Origin: an uncultured delta proteobacterium
GTDB taxonomy: Bacteria > Desulfobacterota > Binatia > UBA9968
Direction: 5' to 3'
DNA length: 64,000 nucleotides
Assembly: GCA_963840855.1 (NCBI GenBank)
Contig: CAWJBB010000001.1
Span: forward strand, 1 to 64,000
The notes beneath the pieces are model-generated. The model was not told the origin of the DNA. It ran no database searches and saw only the letters and a program-made list of their open reading frames with translations. This document shows positions 1 through 10,443 of the stretch, one piece after another. How positions within the stretch are numbered: the stretch's first letter is position 1; each line of letters begins with the position of its first letter. Both the position numbers and the translations under genes were made by a program.

Positions 1-656
1 TGTTGGGCATGCCATAATGCAGATATTGAACCCGTCCCGTGCTCGTCAAGTCGTTAACATAAGGCCCCACTCGGTTTCCTCTTGGGCAACGCTGGGGATC
101 TCCGCGGCCGGCGGAGAAAAAACTCGGACTCGCGGTGGGTAAACGGGATGTGAATCGGATCGTTCTCCAGGTTATTTACAAAGTTGCAAGGCCGAACGTA
201 GGTTTCCGCCCACAAGTTATCTTTCTCAAAATCAGGATAACGCGGCAACGGCGGCGGCTCGCCGTCGCCAAAGTAAACAAAGATCAACCCGAGATATTCT
301 TCCGTCGGGCAACTTCTAATACGCATCTTCTCGGCAAAGGATTCTTTCTCGGCGGGTTGTTCGACGCATTGTCCGGAGCTGTCGAATTTCCAGCCGTGGA
401 AGCGGCAGCGAATAGAATCTTCTTCGATCCAGCCGATGGAAAGCTGCGCCTGGCGGTGCGGGCAGCGAAAGCCGACGACATGGGGTTTGCCACCATCGCC
501 GCGATACAAGGTAAATTGTTCACTCATGATCCGAATCGGTTTGGCCCAGCCCGGTTTCAGATCCTCCGAGCGGTACACCGGATGCCAAAACTTCCTCATG
601 TACCGGCCCGCGAGAGCCTCCGGCCCCGTGTAATAAAAATCCATGAAATTGACCAT
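1..656 (-). CDS. Rieske non-heme iron oxygenase alpha subunit (phthalate 4,5-dioxygenase-like); apparent frameshifts near nt ~105 and ~45; runs off the window start
   Basis: Rieske motif CPHR..CRFHGW, N-terminal GRYMRKFWHPV, ENDPIHIPFTH iron ligands. Family-like sequence continues in other frames (EIPSVAQEETEWGL; RVQYLHYGMPN). Confidence 0.85.
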
Positions 657-694
657 AGACACTATTCTCCCTGATAATTATGACTTTGCCCTTT

Positions 695-826
695 GACACT
701 GTGTCGCAATTCACTCGGAGCCCTTCGACAGGCTATGGGCGAGCGGATAAGTAGTTGAATTCACGATCGAGCAATACCGTTCGTGGTGAGGTTCTCGAAC
801 CATGAACGATATTGCGACACAGTCTC
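695..826. mobile_element. ~132-bp MITE-like element with terminal inverted repeats enclosing an inverted REP-like doublet
   Basis: TIR GACACTGTGTCGCAAT (695-710) / ATTGCGACACAGTCTC (811-826), 15/16 match, flanked by TTT on both sides. Internal CCCTTCGAC..GGGCGAGCGG and CCGTTCGTGGTGAG..TCGAACCATGAACG units. Confidence 0.75.
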
Positions 827-840
827 TTTGCCAAGGTATT

Positions 841-2256
841 TCACTTGAAACCATATTCGCGCCATTTTTTCTGAACGCCAAGTATGTATTCGTTGGGGAC
901 CCGCGCCGCGGGTGGGTAGGCATGCTTGCGGGTTGCATCGATAAGGATCTTGCTGCCGGTCCTGCGTCGCGGATCATGTTGTGGGACATCCGCCGGCGCC
1001 GTTGACGGATCAACTCCCGAAGGAACCACGCCGCCGACCATGAAGCTGTCGCGAACCGGTTGGCTATGGAAGCTCATCGCCCACTCCACCTGAAAGGGAT
1101 TGCGCACGTCGATGTCTTCGTCCACAACGATGGTAAACTTGCCCTCTTTGTTCATCAGCGACCAGGCGCCCCAGGCGACCTCTTTGACTTGCTCCGGGTA
1201 TTCCTTTTTCATCGACACCACCAAAATGGCGCTGGCGCCGCCGCTTTCCGTGAAGTGAACGTCGCGCACCGGCAGGCCGAGGACGTGGCGCAGGTGATGA
1301 AACAACGCCGCGGCACGGCTGAGGCTGCGGATACAGCTCGATTCGCTCGGCGGCATTTGGCTCAAGAAAGCGTGATACACCGGCGTCCGTCGCCTGGTCA
1401 TGCAAGTGAGATCAATAATCGGCTGCTGGCCGCCCGGGCTCATGTAGCCCGAGAACTCGCCGAAGGGTCCCTCCGGCTCGCGCTGCCCGGCGCGGAGAAA
1501 TCCTTCGAGGACAATCTCGGCGTTAGCAGGGACTTCGAGGTCCACCGTCTGGCATCGAACCAAGGGCACTGGCTCGCCGCGCAGCCCGCCGGCAACCGCA
1601 AGCTCATCGGTGCCATAGGGAAACTTGCTGATGGACGCGAGCACGATCGTCGGGTCGACGCCGATGGCGACGGCGATCGGCATGTCTTGCTTATTCGCTT
1701 CGTGCTGACGAATATGTTTTGCCGCATGCTGCGCCGCGCCGACATACAGGCCGAGGCGTTGCGCCGTTTTCATTTGCAGTCGATAAGTTCCAACGTTGCG
1801 TTTGCCGGTTTCGGGGTCTTTGGTGATCACGACCGGCGCTGTAATATATGGTCCGGGATCGTGGGTCGGCGTCCAGACCACCTGCGGCAAGCTACCGATG
1901 TCCACCTCGGTGCCGCGAGCAATGACTTCCTGGCAAAACCCAGATTGAACTAACGTCGGATCGATGGGCTGGCGCTGCGCTTTCTCCCAAACTTGGGGAA
2001 TTTTGTCTACCGTCGTCGAAAGGGCCAATGCGTAGATCGCCGGCGAGCCGCCGATCACGCCAATCACCAGTGGAAATGGACTGTCGCCTACATGACGAAA
2101 TCCCAACGCTGGCCGGTCGTCCCAGCCGTAGCGGTCAAATACCTGCCTGGTGATGGCGGTTACTTCCCAGGATGGATCTACCGGATTTTCGATCCAGTGC
2201 AACTTTTTCGCGGATTCAAGGCATTTGAGATATTGTTGCAGGTCTAGGTAGGCCAT
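841..2256 (-). CDS. UbiD family (prFMN-dependent) decarboxylase
   Basis: RNVGTYRLQ, VPANAEIVLEG, EGPFGEFSGY, VVDEDIDVRN and IDAT motifs. Confidence 0.93.
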   Translation of the reverse strand: MAYLDLQQYLKCLESAKKLHWIENPVDPSWEVTAITRQVFDRYGWDDRPALGFRHVGDSPFPLVIGVIGGSPAIYALALSTTVDKIPQVWEKAQRQPIDPTLVQSGFCQEVIARGTEVDIGSLPQVVWTPTHDPGPYITAPVVITKDPETGKRNVGTYRLQMKTAQRLGLYVGAAQHAAKHIRQHEANKQDMPIAVAIGVDPTIVLASISKFPYGTDELAVAGGLRGEPVPLVRCQTVDLEVPANAEIVLEGFLRAGQREPEGPFGEFSGYMSPGGQQPIIDLTCMTRRRTPVYHAFLSQMPPSESSCIRSLSRAAALFHHLRHVLGLPVRDVHFTESGGASAILVVSMKKEYPEQVKEVAWGAWSLMNKEGKFTIVVDEDIDVRNPFQVEWAMSFHSQPVRDSFMVGGVVPSGVDPSTAPADVPQHDPRRRTGSKILIDATRKHAYPPAARVPNEYILGVQKKWREYGFK

Positions 2257-2305
2257 TCGGAAATTCCTCGGTTTTTTAGAGCAGAAGAGATTTAATCACA
2301 AAGAA

Positions 2306-2620
2306 CCTAGCGCGGCAAAGCCGCAACCAAGAGAATCGGAATATCTCGCGCAAAGGCGCAAAGACGCGAAGGGAAAACGTTGTCATTTCGAACAAAGAGA
2401 GAAATCTTTCTTAGATCCCTCGCATTCGCCAGACTGTGTGAAAACCCTTAGGAGCCCTTCGACGACGCTCAGGGCGAACGGCTAAATGTTTGATTTGTAA
2501 TGTCTGACATCCGTTCGTGGTGAGCCCAGTCGAACCATGAACGGACTCTTCACACAGTCTATCGCTCGGGATGACAGGCCTCTGGCCTGTTACTTGGCGC
2601 CTTGGCGTCTTGGCGTGAGA
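2306..2620 (+). repeat. Composite palindromic intergenic repeat (CGCAAAG/CTTGGCG arms around a GTCAT...ATGAC hairpin), interrupted by a MITE
   Basis: Reverse-complement homologue without the insertion at 17921-18090; partial homologue at 16170-16317. Confidence 0.75.
2430..2561. mobile_element. 132-bp MITE-like element nested in another repeat, with a 4-bp target duplication TCGC
   Basis: TIR AGACTGTGTGAA / TTCACACAGTCT; TCGC at 2426-2429 and 2562-2565. The empty-site copy near 17965 has a single TCGC. Confidence 0.8.
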
Positions 2621-2775
2621 ATAATCCTAAGCATCTGTAACTGAAGGGCCATACAATACTGATCGACGGCTTGTCAACGACGGAGGAGGAGACAATGCGC
2701 TTGTCGCGAAGGGCGCGTGCGGATCGAGATCCGGTTGAGTTTGCGGGTGGAAATTGGTATGAGCCGCGTTGAGTC

Positions 2776-2918
2776 CTAGGGCCTGTAACAGTTGATTGAC
2801 GTCTAATTTCGAAGAACCCTTCGACAAGCTCAGGGTGAACGGTCAAGGCACAAGCCGTTCGTGGTGAGGCTCTCGAACCATGAACGGCAGACGCTATGTA
2901 GCTGTTACAGTTTACTAG
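2776..2918. mobile_element. MITE-like element with CTGTAACAG inverted ends and CTAG flanks, carrying the same REP doublet
   Basis: CTAG 2776-2779, CTGTAACAG 2783-2791, CTGTTACAG 2902-2910, CTAG 2915-2918. Internal CCCTTCGACAAGCTCAGGGTGAACGG and CCGTTCGTGGTGAG..TCGAACCATGAACGG. Confidence 0.6.
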
Positions 2919-2976
2919 AGTTGTTTTCCGAACTCGTGAGACAGCATTTTGGCGCTAAAATGTTTAGAGGGAGGTT

Positions 2977-3354
2977 ATGTCTATGGCGCGCATTCGTCAC
3001 TTGGCGATCATCTCCGATGACCGCGAACGGCTCGTCGAGTTTTACACCAAGGCGTTCGGCATGAAACGGATCGAAGGGACGGGGCCGGCGATCTACTTGT
3101 CGGACGGCTATATCAACCTCGCGCTGATCCAGAAGCGGCCCCACAACAAAGCAGGGATGTATCATTTCGGCTTCGTCGTCGATGAGATCGAGTCGTTGAA
3201 ACCGCTTTGCCAGGAGCTCGGGGCTGCCTCCGGGGTTGAGGAGCGGCCTTATCAGTCGGAATACCGGGTGCACGATCCCGACGGCAACCCCATCGATGTT
3301 TCGCTCAGGGGTTGGCCCGTGGAGGCGCAGGCTCAGAAAAAAGGCGATGCGTGA
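2977..3354 (+). CDS. VOC (glyoxalase/bleomycin resistance/extradiol dioxygenase) family protein
   Basis: IRHLAI, YLSDGYINLAL, HFGFVVD, DPDGNPIDVS; GGGAGG RBS. Confidence 0.9.
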   Translation: MSMARIRHLAIISDDRERLVEFYTKAFGMKRIEGTGPAIYLSDGYINLALIQKRPHNKAGMYHFGFVVDEIESLKPLCQELGAASGVEERPYQSEYRVHDPDGNPIDVSLRGWPVEAQAQKKGDA

Positions 3355-4310
3355 TGAGACTAACGACGACTGTCGCCGTCGCCGCGATATTCCTTTCATT
3401 GACAGAATGCCAGAGCGCCGACAAGGTGAGAATCTCGGTCGCCAATTATAATATTTCTAACCTCACTGCTGGCGTCGCGCAGACCAAGGATTTCTTCAAA
3501 CAAGAGGGCATCGAAGCCGAAATCATCAGAATGAATCCCAACGTGGCGACCATGGCGCTTGTGAGCAACGATGTCGGTTACTCGACGCTGGTTGGTTCGG
3601 TGGTTGGCGCGGCCCTTAAAGGGGCGAAGGTCAGAATGATCGCGTGCTCGCAGGATCGCACGCCGCTGGCATTGGTCGCCAAACCGGAAATCAAATCCGT
3701 CAGAGACCTCAAGGGGCGCATCATCGCCGTCGGATCTTATGGCTCTACGCCCGATATAGTCGCGCGCATGGTCGTAAAACATGCCGGGCTCGATCCCGAG
3801 TCGGACATCAAAGTGCTTGCCCTGGGCACCGACGGCGCCAGGCTCGCAGCCCTCAAGGAAGGTGTCGTCGACGTCATCATCGTCGCCCCGCCGGTGGATT
3901 TCGAGGCCAAGAAAATGGGGTTTAACATCATTAGCCGCGCGGGAGATATCTTTCGCTTCCCTTACAATGGTCTCACGACCAGCGTGCAAAAGCTCAACGA
4001 GAAACCGGATGAAGTGAAGCGGGTCATTCGCGCCATGCTAAAAGCCAATGCCTTCATCCGCAAGAATAAAGAAGGAACCGTTCAGGTTTTAGTAAACTGG
4101 GCGAAGACCAAGCCGGAGTTCGCCGAAGCCGGCTACGATTCCACGGTGAATGTGTTCAGCGCGGACGGGAGCATACCTGAAGATGGCCTTCGCGTGGTCG
4201 TCGACAACTTCCGAAAATCGATGAACATCACGCGGGCGGTCGCGCTTACGGAGGTATCCGACGCCGCGCCGTTGCTGGAGGCGCAACGGGAACTCGGATT
4301 AAGGAAGTAA
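3354..4310 (+). CDS. ABC transporter substrate-binding protein (SsuA/TauA/NMT1-like)
   Basis: Signal peptide; FFKQEGIEAE, IKSVRDLKGR, GLDPESDI, ARLAALKEG; start overlaps the upstream stop (TGATG). Confidence 0.88.
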   Translation: MRLTTTVAVAAIFLSLTECQSADKVRISVANYNISNLTAGVAQTKDFFKQEGIEAEIIRMNPNVATMALVSNDVGYSTLVGSVVGAALKGAKVRMIACSQDRTPLALVAKPEIKSVRDLKGRIIAVGSYGSTPDIVARMVVKHAGLDPESDIKVLALGTDGARLAALKEGVVDVIIVAPPVDFEAKKMGFNIISRAGDIFRFPYNGLTTSVQKLNEKPDEVKRVIRAMLKANAFIRKNKEGTVQVLVNWAKTKPEFAEAGYDSTVNVFSADGSIPEDGLRVVVDNFRKSMNITRAVALTEVSDAAPLLEAQRELGLRK

Positions 4311-4585
4311 ATAGAGCCCACTGCGCGAGGTGTATCTTTTTTGCACCGCCACGTATCCATTTGCCTACAGCCTTGAAGTCTCCAGTTCGATCTGCGCTTG
4401 TCTTGCCGAGTTGATTTGTTTGACAAAGGAATTCTCCTCTTGTTTTCAAGTCGCGCGGGGCTGAAACTTTCTTTCGATCCATGGGCAACAAAAAAGTTGG
4501 ACGGACCCCATAGCCAAAATTGACATATCTGTTAGGATTTATTTCGGATCTGGTAGCGAGACGTCCGTGGCGATAAGGACCGACC

Positions 4586-7388
4586 ATGAGCGAAACGGAA
4601 CGTTTGCCGAATACCATCAATCTCGCCTTCGTCGAAGGACTCTACCTGGATTATCTCAAGGACCCATCTTCTGTTCCTACCGCATGGCGCGCCTACTTCG
4701 AGCAGCTTTCGAACTCTGACCGAGACGGCACAAAGGCCCGCCCCAGCCCAACCTTCCGTCCGCCGGGTATCTTTAATCGTTCCGTTACAGACAGCGACGG
4801 CACTGGCGCTCGCGAGAGCGCAATCGCGGCGCTGCAGAACCGCGTTGATCAGCTCATTCGCAACTATCGTGTGCGCGGCCATATGATCGCCGCCCTCGAT
4901 CCGTTGGCGATGCCGCGACCGCGCATTCCTGAGCTCGACCCCGAATACTACGCCTTCGCCGAAGCGGACATGGACCGAATCTTTTCCTGCGACACTCTGT
5001 GTGATAGCTCGCTCCCGCTGCGGGAAATCCTCGAGCGCCTCCGTAACACTTATTGCCGGTCCATCGGCGTCCAGTTCATGCACATTGACGAACTCGCTGT
5101 GCGGCAGTGGCTTCAGGAACGCATGGAGCGGACACAAAACCGTCTTGAACTCCGCCACGAGGAGAAGATCCGCATCCTCACCCGGCTCACTGACGCGGTC
5201 ATCTTCGAGGAATTTCTCCGCAAGAAATACCTCGGGGCCAAGACATTCTCGTTGGAGGGAGGCGAAAGTCTAATCCCGCTTCTGGACCTCGCCATCGATA
5301 AAGCGGCCGAGCAAGGAGTCCAAGAGATTGTCATCGCCATGGCCCATCGCGGACGATTGAATGTGCTGGCCAACATCATCGGCAAGAGCCCGCAAGAAAT
5401 TTTCTGGGAATTCGAGGATCGCTCTCCGGAGCTTTTCTCGGGGCGTGGCGACGTCAAGTATCACCTGGGCTACAGCAACGATTGGCTGACGGCGGCGGGC
5501 CACAAGGTGCACCTTTCGCTTTGTTTCAATCCCAGCCACCTCGAGTTTGTGGTTCCCGTGGCGCTCGGCCGCATGCGCGCCAAGCAGGACCGTGTCGGAG
5601 ATAGCGAGAGAAGGCGCGGCTTGGTTCTGCTAATACACGGTGAGGCAGCCTTGGCCGGAGAGGGGATCGCCCAGGAAACGCTCAACATGAGTCAGCTAGA
5701 CGGCTATACGGTGGGAGGAGCCCTCCGCGTCGTCGTGAACAACCAGATCGGTTTTACCACGTCTCCAAGCGAAGGGAGATCCAGCACCTACGCCACGGAT
5801 GTGGCCAAGATGCTCCAGATTCCGATTTTTCACGTTAACGGCGAAGACCCCGAAGCGGTGGCTCAAGTGGTTCGGCTTGCGCTCGATTTTCGCTACCATT
5901 TCAGGCGCGATGTATTTATTGACATGTACTGTTACCGGCGCTTCGGGCACAACGAAGGCGATGAGCCTTCCTTCACGCAGCCCGTGCTCTATCGCGCCAT
6001 CGAAAAGCGCAAACCCGTGCGTGATAGCTATTTAGACCATCTGCTTGAGTTGGGCGGGTTAACGAAAGTCGAAGCTGATAAAATCGCTGTTGACCGCTAC
6101 AAACTCTTGGAAGAGGAACTCGCTGAAGCGCGCCGCCCGGGTTACGCTCCGGCGACGGATGCATTACGGGGTATCTGGAGCGGGTATCTGGGAGGCCCGG
6201 AGCAGGCCACCGGGGACACCGATACCGGGGTTTCCAAAGAGAGACTTGCCGTTTTCCTCGATGCCCAAACCCGTCTTCCCGAGGATTTTCACCCTCATCC
6301 AAAAATCCTGCGCGGCATCCGCATAAGGCGCGAGATGGCCGAGGGCAAACGGCCTCTGGACTGGGCGGCGGCCGAGTCTCTGGCCTGCGCCAGCCTTGCT
6401 TGCGAGGGTTATCGCGTGCGTCTCTCCGGACAGGATAGCGCCCGTGGCACCTTCAGCCAGAGACACGCTGTCCTCTATGACTATGAGGATGGGCACTCTT
6501 ACGTTCCCCTTCAACACCTGTCCTCTGAACAAGCGCCGGTAGAAATTTATAACAGCCCACTTTCAGAAGTGGGCGCTTTGGGTTTTGAGTACGGTTACAG
6601 CCTCGATTGTCCGGACGGCCTGGTTATCTGGGAGGCCCAATTTGGTGACTTCGTCAACGTAGCCCAAGTGATCATCGACCAGTTCATCGCCAGCGCAGAG
6701 GACAAATGGCACCGGTTGAGTTCCATCGTGCTGCTGCTGCCCCACGGATTCGAGGGAATGGGGCCCGAGCATTCCAGCGCCCGCTTGGAGCGCTTTCTCC
6801 AGCTCGCCGCGGAGGACAACATCCAGGTCGTCTATCCTTCGACTCCGGCCCAGTATTTTCATTGTCTCAGGCGCCAGATGTTGCGCCGGTGGAGAAAGCC
6901 TCTGGTTATGCTCACTCCCAAAAGCCTTCTGCGCCACCCGAAAGCCGTATCGACTCTGGAAGAGTGCGCCCAGGGCCGATTCCGGCGCGTGATCCCGGAT
7001 CCGTTCATGCAACGCCGATCAACGGGTGGATCAAATTCTTCTCTGCAGCGGCAAGATCTACTACGAACTTGCGGAGGAGCGCGCGCGGCTCAGTCGAAAT
7101 GATATCGCCATCCTTAAACTTGAACAGCTCTATCCCTTTCCCGAGACGGAGTTCAAGGATGTCATGGATTCGTATCCTGACGCCAAAAATGTTTTCTGGG
7201 TTCAGGAGGAGCCCGAAAATATGGGCGCCTGGCGCTACCTTTGCGCCAGGTTCCGCGATAAGGCGCTGGGCCGCCGTTTTTCAGGAATTTTCCGGCCTGC
7301 CTCGGGAAGCCCGGCCACCGGCTCTCATGCGAGTCACAAGCGCGAGCAGCAGGAGCTTCTCCATAGGGCCATAAACGGTGGCGTTTGA
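4586..7388 (+). CDS. sucA: 2-oxoglutarate dehydrogenase E1 component, frameshifted near 7000-7020
   Basis: [54 protein letters not shown]. The C-terminus ([30 protein letters not shown]) is in the 7026-7388 frame. Confidence 0.95.
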
Positions 7389-7402
7389 GGAATCAGATTC
7401 TT

Positions 7403-8677
7403 ATGCCGGTAGAACTCAAAGTACCCAGCGTGGGTGAATCGGTCACCGAGGTCGAAATTTCCGAGTGGCGCAAGGCGGAGGGGGACCCGGTGAAGCGGGA
7501 CGAGGTCCTGGCGATCATCGAGACCGAGAAGGTGACCGTTGAGCTTCCCGCGCCCGGCTCCGGCATAATCACGAAGATTGTAAAGAAAAAGGGAGAGACG
7601 GCTAAAGTCGGCGATGTAGTTGGCTATATGGAGGTCGATGAGAAGCGCAGGGAGCAGCCTGAGAAGGAATCGCCTGAGACGGAATCCCAGCGAGAGACAG
7701 GGGAGAAGCTAGAGAGGGAGGCAAGCAAGGAAGCCGAGAAATCACAAGATACCAAAGATAAGGACCGCGCAGAAGCGAGCGAGGCAGCGCGGGTGATGCC
7801 GGCAGCGCGGCGAATATTGGCCGAGCGGGGCGTTAAGCCGCAAGAGGTAGCGGCTACAGGTCCGGGAGGACGGCTCCTGAAGGAGGATGCTTTACGGCAT
7901 GCCGAAAGAGTAGAGGAATCAAAAGTCGAGCAGACAGTTGCCCGGGAGAAATCTCCAACACGTCCAATCTTCGGGCCCCGCGAAGAAGAAATTGTCCCCA
8001 TGAGTCCGCTGCGCCGCCGTATCGCCGCCAGGCTCGTCGAGGCCCAACGAACGGCGGCGCTACTGACGACATTCAACGAAATCGATATGTCGGCAGTGGT
8101 GGCGCTGCGCCGGCAGTATCGTGAGCCCTTTGAGAAAAAATATTCCATCAAGCTTGGCTTCATGTCGTTCTTTGTCAAGGCTTCGATCGAGGCACTCAAG
8201 CTCATTCCTCAGGTTAACGCCGAAGTGCGCGGTACCGATATCGTCTATCGTAACTACTATGATATCGGCATCGCCATAGGCGGCGGCAGAGGCCTCGTGG
8301 TTCCGGTTCTCCGTAACGCCGAGCGCATGAGCTTCGCCGACGTCGAACGCGCCATCGATGATTTCGCGCGCCGGGCCGAGGCAAACAAGCTCAACCTCGA
8401 CGAGCTGCAGGGCGGCACCTTTACGATTACCAATGGGGGAATCTACGGCTCGCTGCTGTCAACGCCGATCATAAATCCGCCCCAGAGCGGTATCCTGGGG
8501 ATGCACGCGATTCAAGATAGACCCGTGGTACGAGAAGGAGAGATCGTCATTCGGCCGATGATGTACGTGGCGCTCACTTACGATCACCGGATCGTCGACG
8601 GCCGCGAGGCGGTAACTTTTCTTGGGCACATCAAAGGGCTGCTTGAGAATCCGGCGCGCATCTTGCTTGAAGTTTGA
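7403..8677 (+). CDS. sucB: Dihydrolipoyllysine-residue succinyltransferase (E2)
   Basis: Lipoyl domain IETEKV, E3-binding [20 protein letters not shown], catalytic YDHRIVDG. Confidence 0.96.
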   Translation: MPVELKVPSVGESVTEVEISEWRKAEGDPVKRDEVLAIIETEKVTVELPAPGSGIITKIVKKKGETAKVGDVVGYMEVDEKRREQPEKESPETESQRETGEKLEREASKEAEKSQDTKDKDRAEASEAARVMPAARRILAERGVKPQEVAATGPGGRLLKEDALRHAERVEESKVEQTVAREKSPTRPIFGPREEEIVPMSPLRRRIAARLVEAQRTAALLTTFNEIDMSAVVALRRQYREPFEKKYSIKLGFMSFFVKASIEALKLIPQVNAEVRGTDIVYRNYYDIGIAIGGGRGLVVPVLRNAERMSFADVERAIDDFARRAEANKLNLDELQGGTFTITNGGIYGSLLSTPIINPPQSGILGMHAIQDRPVVREGEIVIRPMMYVALTYDHRIVDGREAVTFLGHIKGLLENPARILLEV

Positions 8678-8678
8678 C

Positions 8679-10070
8679 ATGGAACAAAAACAACATGATC
8701 TCGTTGTCATCGGTGCCGGTCCTGGAGGCTACGTGGCGGCGATTCGCGCGGCACAGCTGGGCTTAAACGTCGCCTGTATCGAGAAAGAAAAGGATCTCGG
8801 TGGAACTTGTCTACGCATCGGTTGTATTCCCAGCAAGGTTCTCTTGGAATCGAGCGAGCTGCTCTGGAGAGCGCAAGAGGACTTCGCCCAGCATGGGATT
8901 CGATTTAAAGAACTCCATTTCGATCTTGCGACCATCATGCGCCGCAAGGAAGGGACGGTAACAGGACTGGCCAAAGGAATCGAGTCGCTTTTTCGAAAGA
9001 ATAAGATTTCGCGCTACGCGGGATATGGCCGGATCGTCGAGCCCGGACGGGTCCTCGTCGATACTGCCAATGGCGCCATCGAGCTCAAGAGCCGTTTCAT
9101 CCTTATTGCCACGGGAAGCAAGGCGGCCACCCTTCCGCGCGTCGCTTTGGATGGCGATCGGGTTGCTACCAGTACCGAGGCGTTGAGCTACAAAGAAGTT
9201 CCGGGCCATCTCGTTGTCATCGGCGCCGGCGCCGTCGGCCTTGAGCTCGGCTCCGTGTGGAAGAGACTCGGAGCCAGGGTCACCGTCTTTGAGCTGATGG
9301 ATCGCATTCTCCCGGAGATGGACCTCGAGGTGGCGCGAGACGCAATGAAGCTTCTCGAAAAGCAAGGGCTGGAGTTCCAGCTTCAAAGCCGCGTCATGGA
9401 AGTTCGCGTCGAAGGAAACCGCTGTGTGGTCGAGTGTGAAGGGCGAGAGCCCGCGCTTTGCGACCGCGTCCTGGTTGCCGTAGGCCGCCTGCCGTATACG
9501 GACGGGCTGGATCTTGAATCTTTAGGCATCGCAGCCGACAAGAAAGGATACATCTCCGTGGATAAAAACTTCGCGACGTCGGCCGCAGATATTTACGCGA
9601 TCGGCGATGTCATCGTCGGACCCATGCTCGCCCATAAAGCTCAGGAAGAAGGGATTGCTTGCGTCGAACGCCTCGTCACAGGCTACGGCCATGTCGATTA
9701 TGGTACGATTCCGAATGTGGTGTACACCCATCCGGAGATTGCCTCCGTAGGGAAAACTGAGGAGGATCTGAAGCAACAAGGGATCGCCTATCAGAGCGGA
9801 ATTTTTCTCTTCCGCGGCAATGGCCGCGCCCATACGCTCGGCCAAACCGAAGGCAAACTGAAAGTGCTGGCCGATGCCAAGAGCGATCGAATTCTCGGCG
9901 TCCACATCCTGGGGGCGCGGGCGGGAGATCTCATTGCCGAGGCCGCCACGGCCATGGCCTTTTCCGCCAGCAGCGAAGACATTGCGCGTTCGTGTCATGC
10001 CCACCCTACTCTTGCCGAAGCTCTTCGAGAAGCAGCCCTGGCCGCAGGAGGACGTGCGCTCCATTCTTGA
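8679..10070 (+). CDS. lpdA: Dihydrolipoamide dehydrogenase (E3)
   Basis: GAGPGGY, GGTCLRIGCIPSK, MLAHKA, HAHPTLAEA. Confidence 0.96.
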   Translation: MEQKQHDLVVIGAGPGGYVAAIRAAQLGLNVACIEKEKDLGGTCLRIGCIPSKVLLESSELLWRAQEDFAQHGIRFKELHFDLATIMRRKEGTVTGLAKGIESLFRKNKISRYAGYGRIVEPGRVLVDTANGAIELKSRFILIATGSKAATLPRVALDGDRVATSTEALSYKEVPGHLVVIGAGAVGLELGSVWKRLGARVTVFELMDRILPEMDLEVARDAMKLLEKQGLEFQLQSRVMEVRVEGNRCVVECEGREPALCDRVLVAVGRLPYTDGLDLESLGIAADKKGYISVDKNFATSAADIYAIGDVIVGPMLAHKAQEEGIACVERLVTGYGHVDYGTIPNVVYTHPEIASVGKTEEDLKQQGIAYQSGIFLFRGNGRAHTLGQTEGKLKVLADAKSDRILGVHILGARAGDLIAEAATAMAFSASSEDIARSCHAHPTLAEALREAALAAGGRALHS

Positions 10071-10081
10071 TGTCTTTGGTT

Positions 10082-10378
10082 ATGACAAACCAAAGATCAC
10101 ATCGGTCTTGGCCGCCGCCCCAAAGACCCTGGGTTGTGTTCATGCGCTGGCACGATCTACTATTCCTTCATTGGCCAATTCGTCCGCAGTTGATCCGGCC
10201 ATTGATTCCCCGAGACCTCGAGCTCGACACATTCGATGGATGCGCCGAAGTCGATCTGCCCGTAAACACGATGACGCAGCCGAGCGGGATTCAGCTGCCG
10301 AATACGCAACCACTTAGCCACTTTGCTCGTTATCAGGAGGTGGTTGCCTGCGCGCTCGCGCCTATCGACAGAGGATAA
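10082..10378 (+). pseudogene. YqjF/DUF2071-family gene with a large in-frame internal deletion
   Basis: Family N-terminus (HRSWPPPQRPW..MRWHDLLFLHWP..LELDTFDG) joined directly to a C-terminal-type segment (AEVDLPVNTM..GIQLP..HF). Only 98 aa. Confidence 0.7.
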
Positions 10379-10443
10379 TTAGAGTCCGACGCACTGATTG
10401 ATCTTGCAGCAAACGTTCCAATCGTTGGTTTTCGTCGCGCACG

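Noticed and set aside
46-48. In-frame TGA in the Rieske gene as a second selenocysteine
   Set aside because: Family-like sequence resumes in a different frame and the position is not a Cys site, so an indel explains it better.
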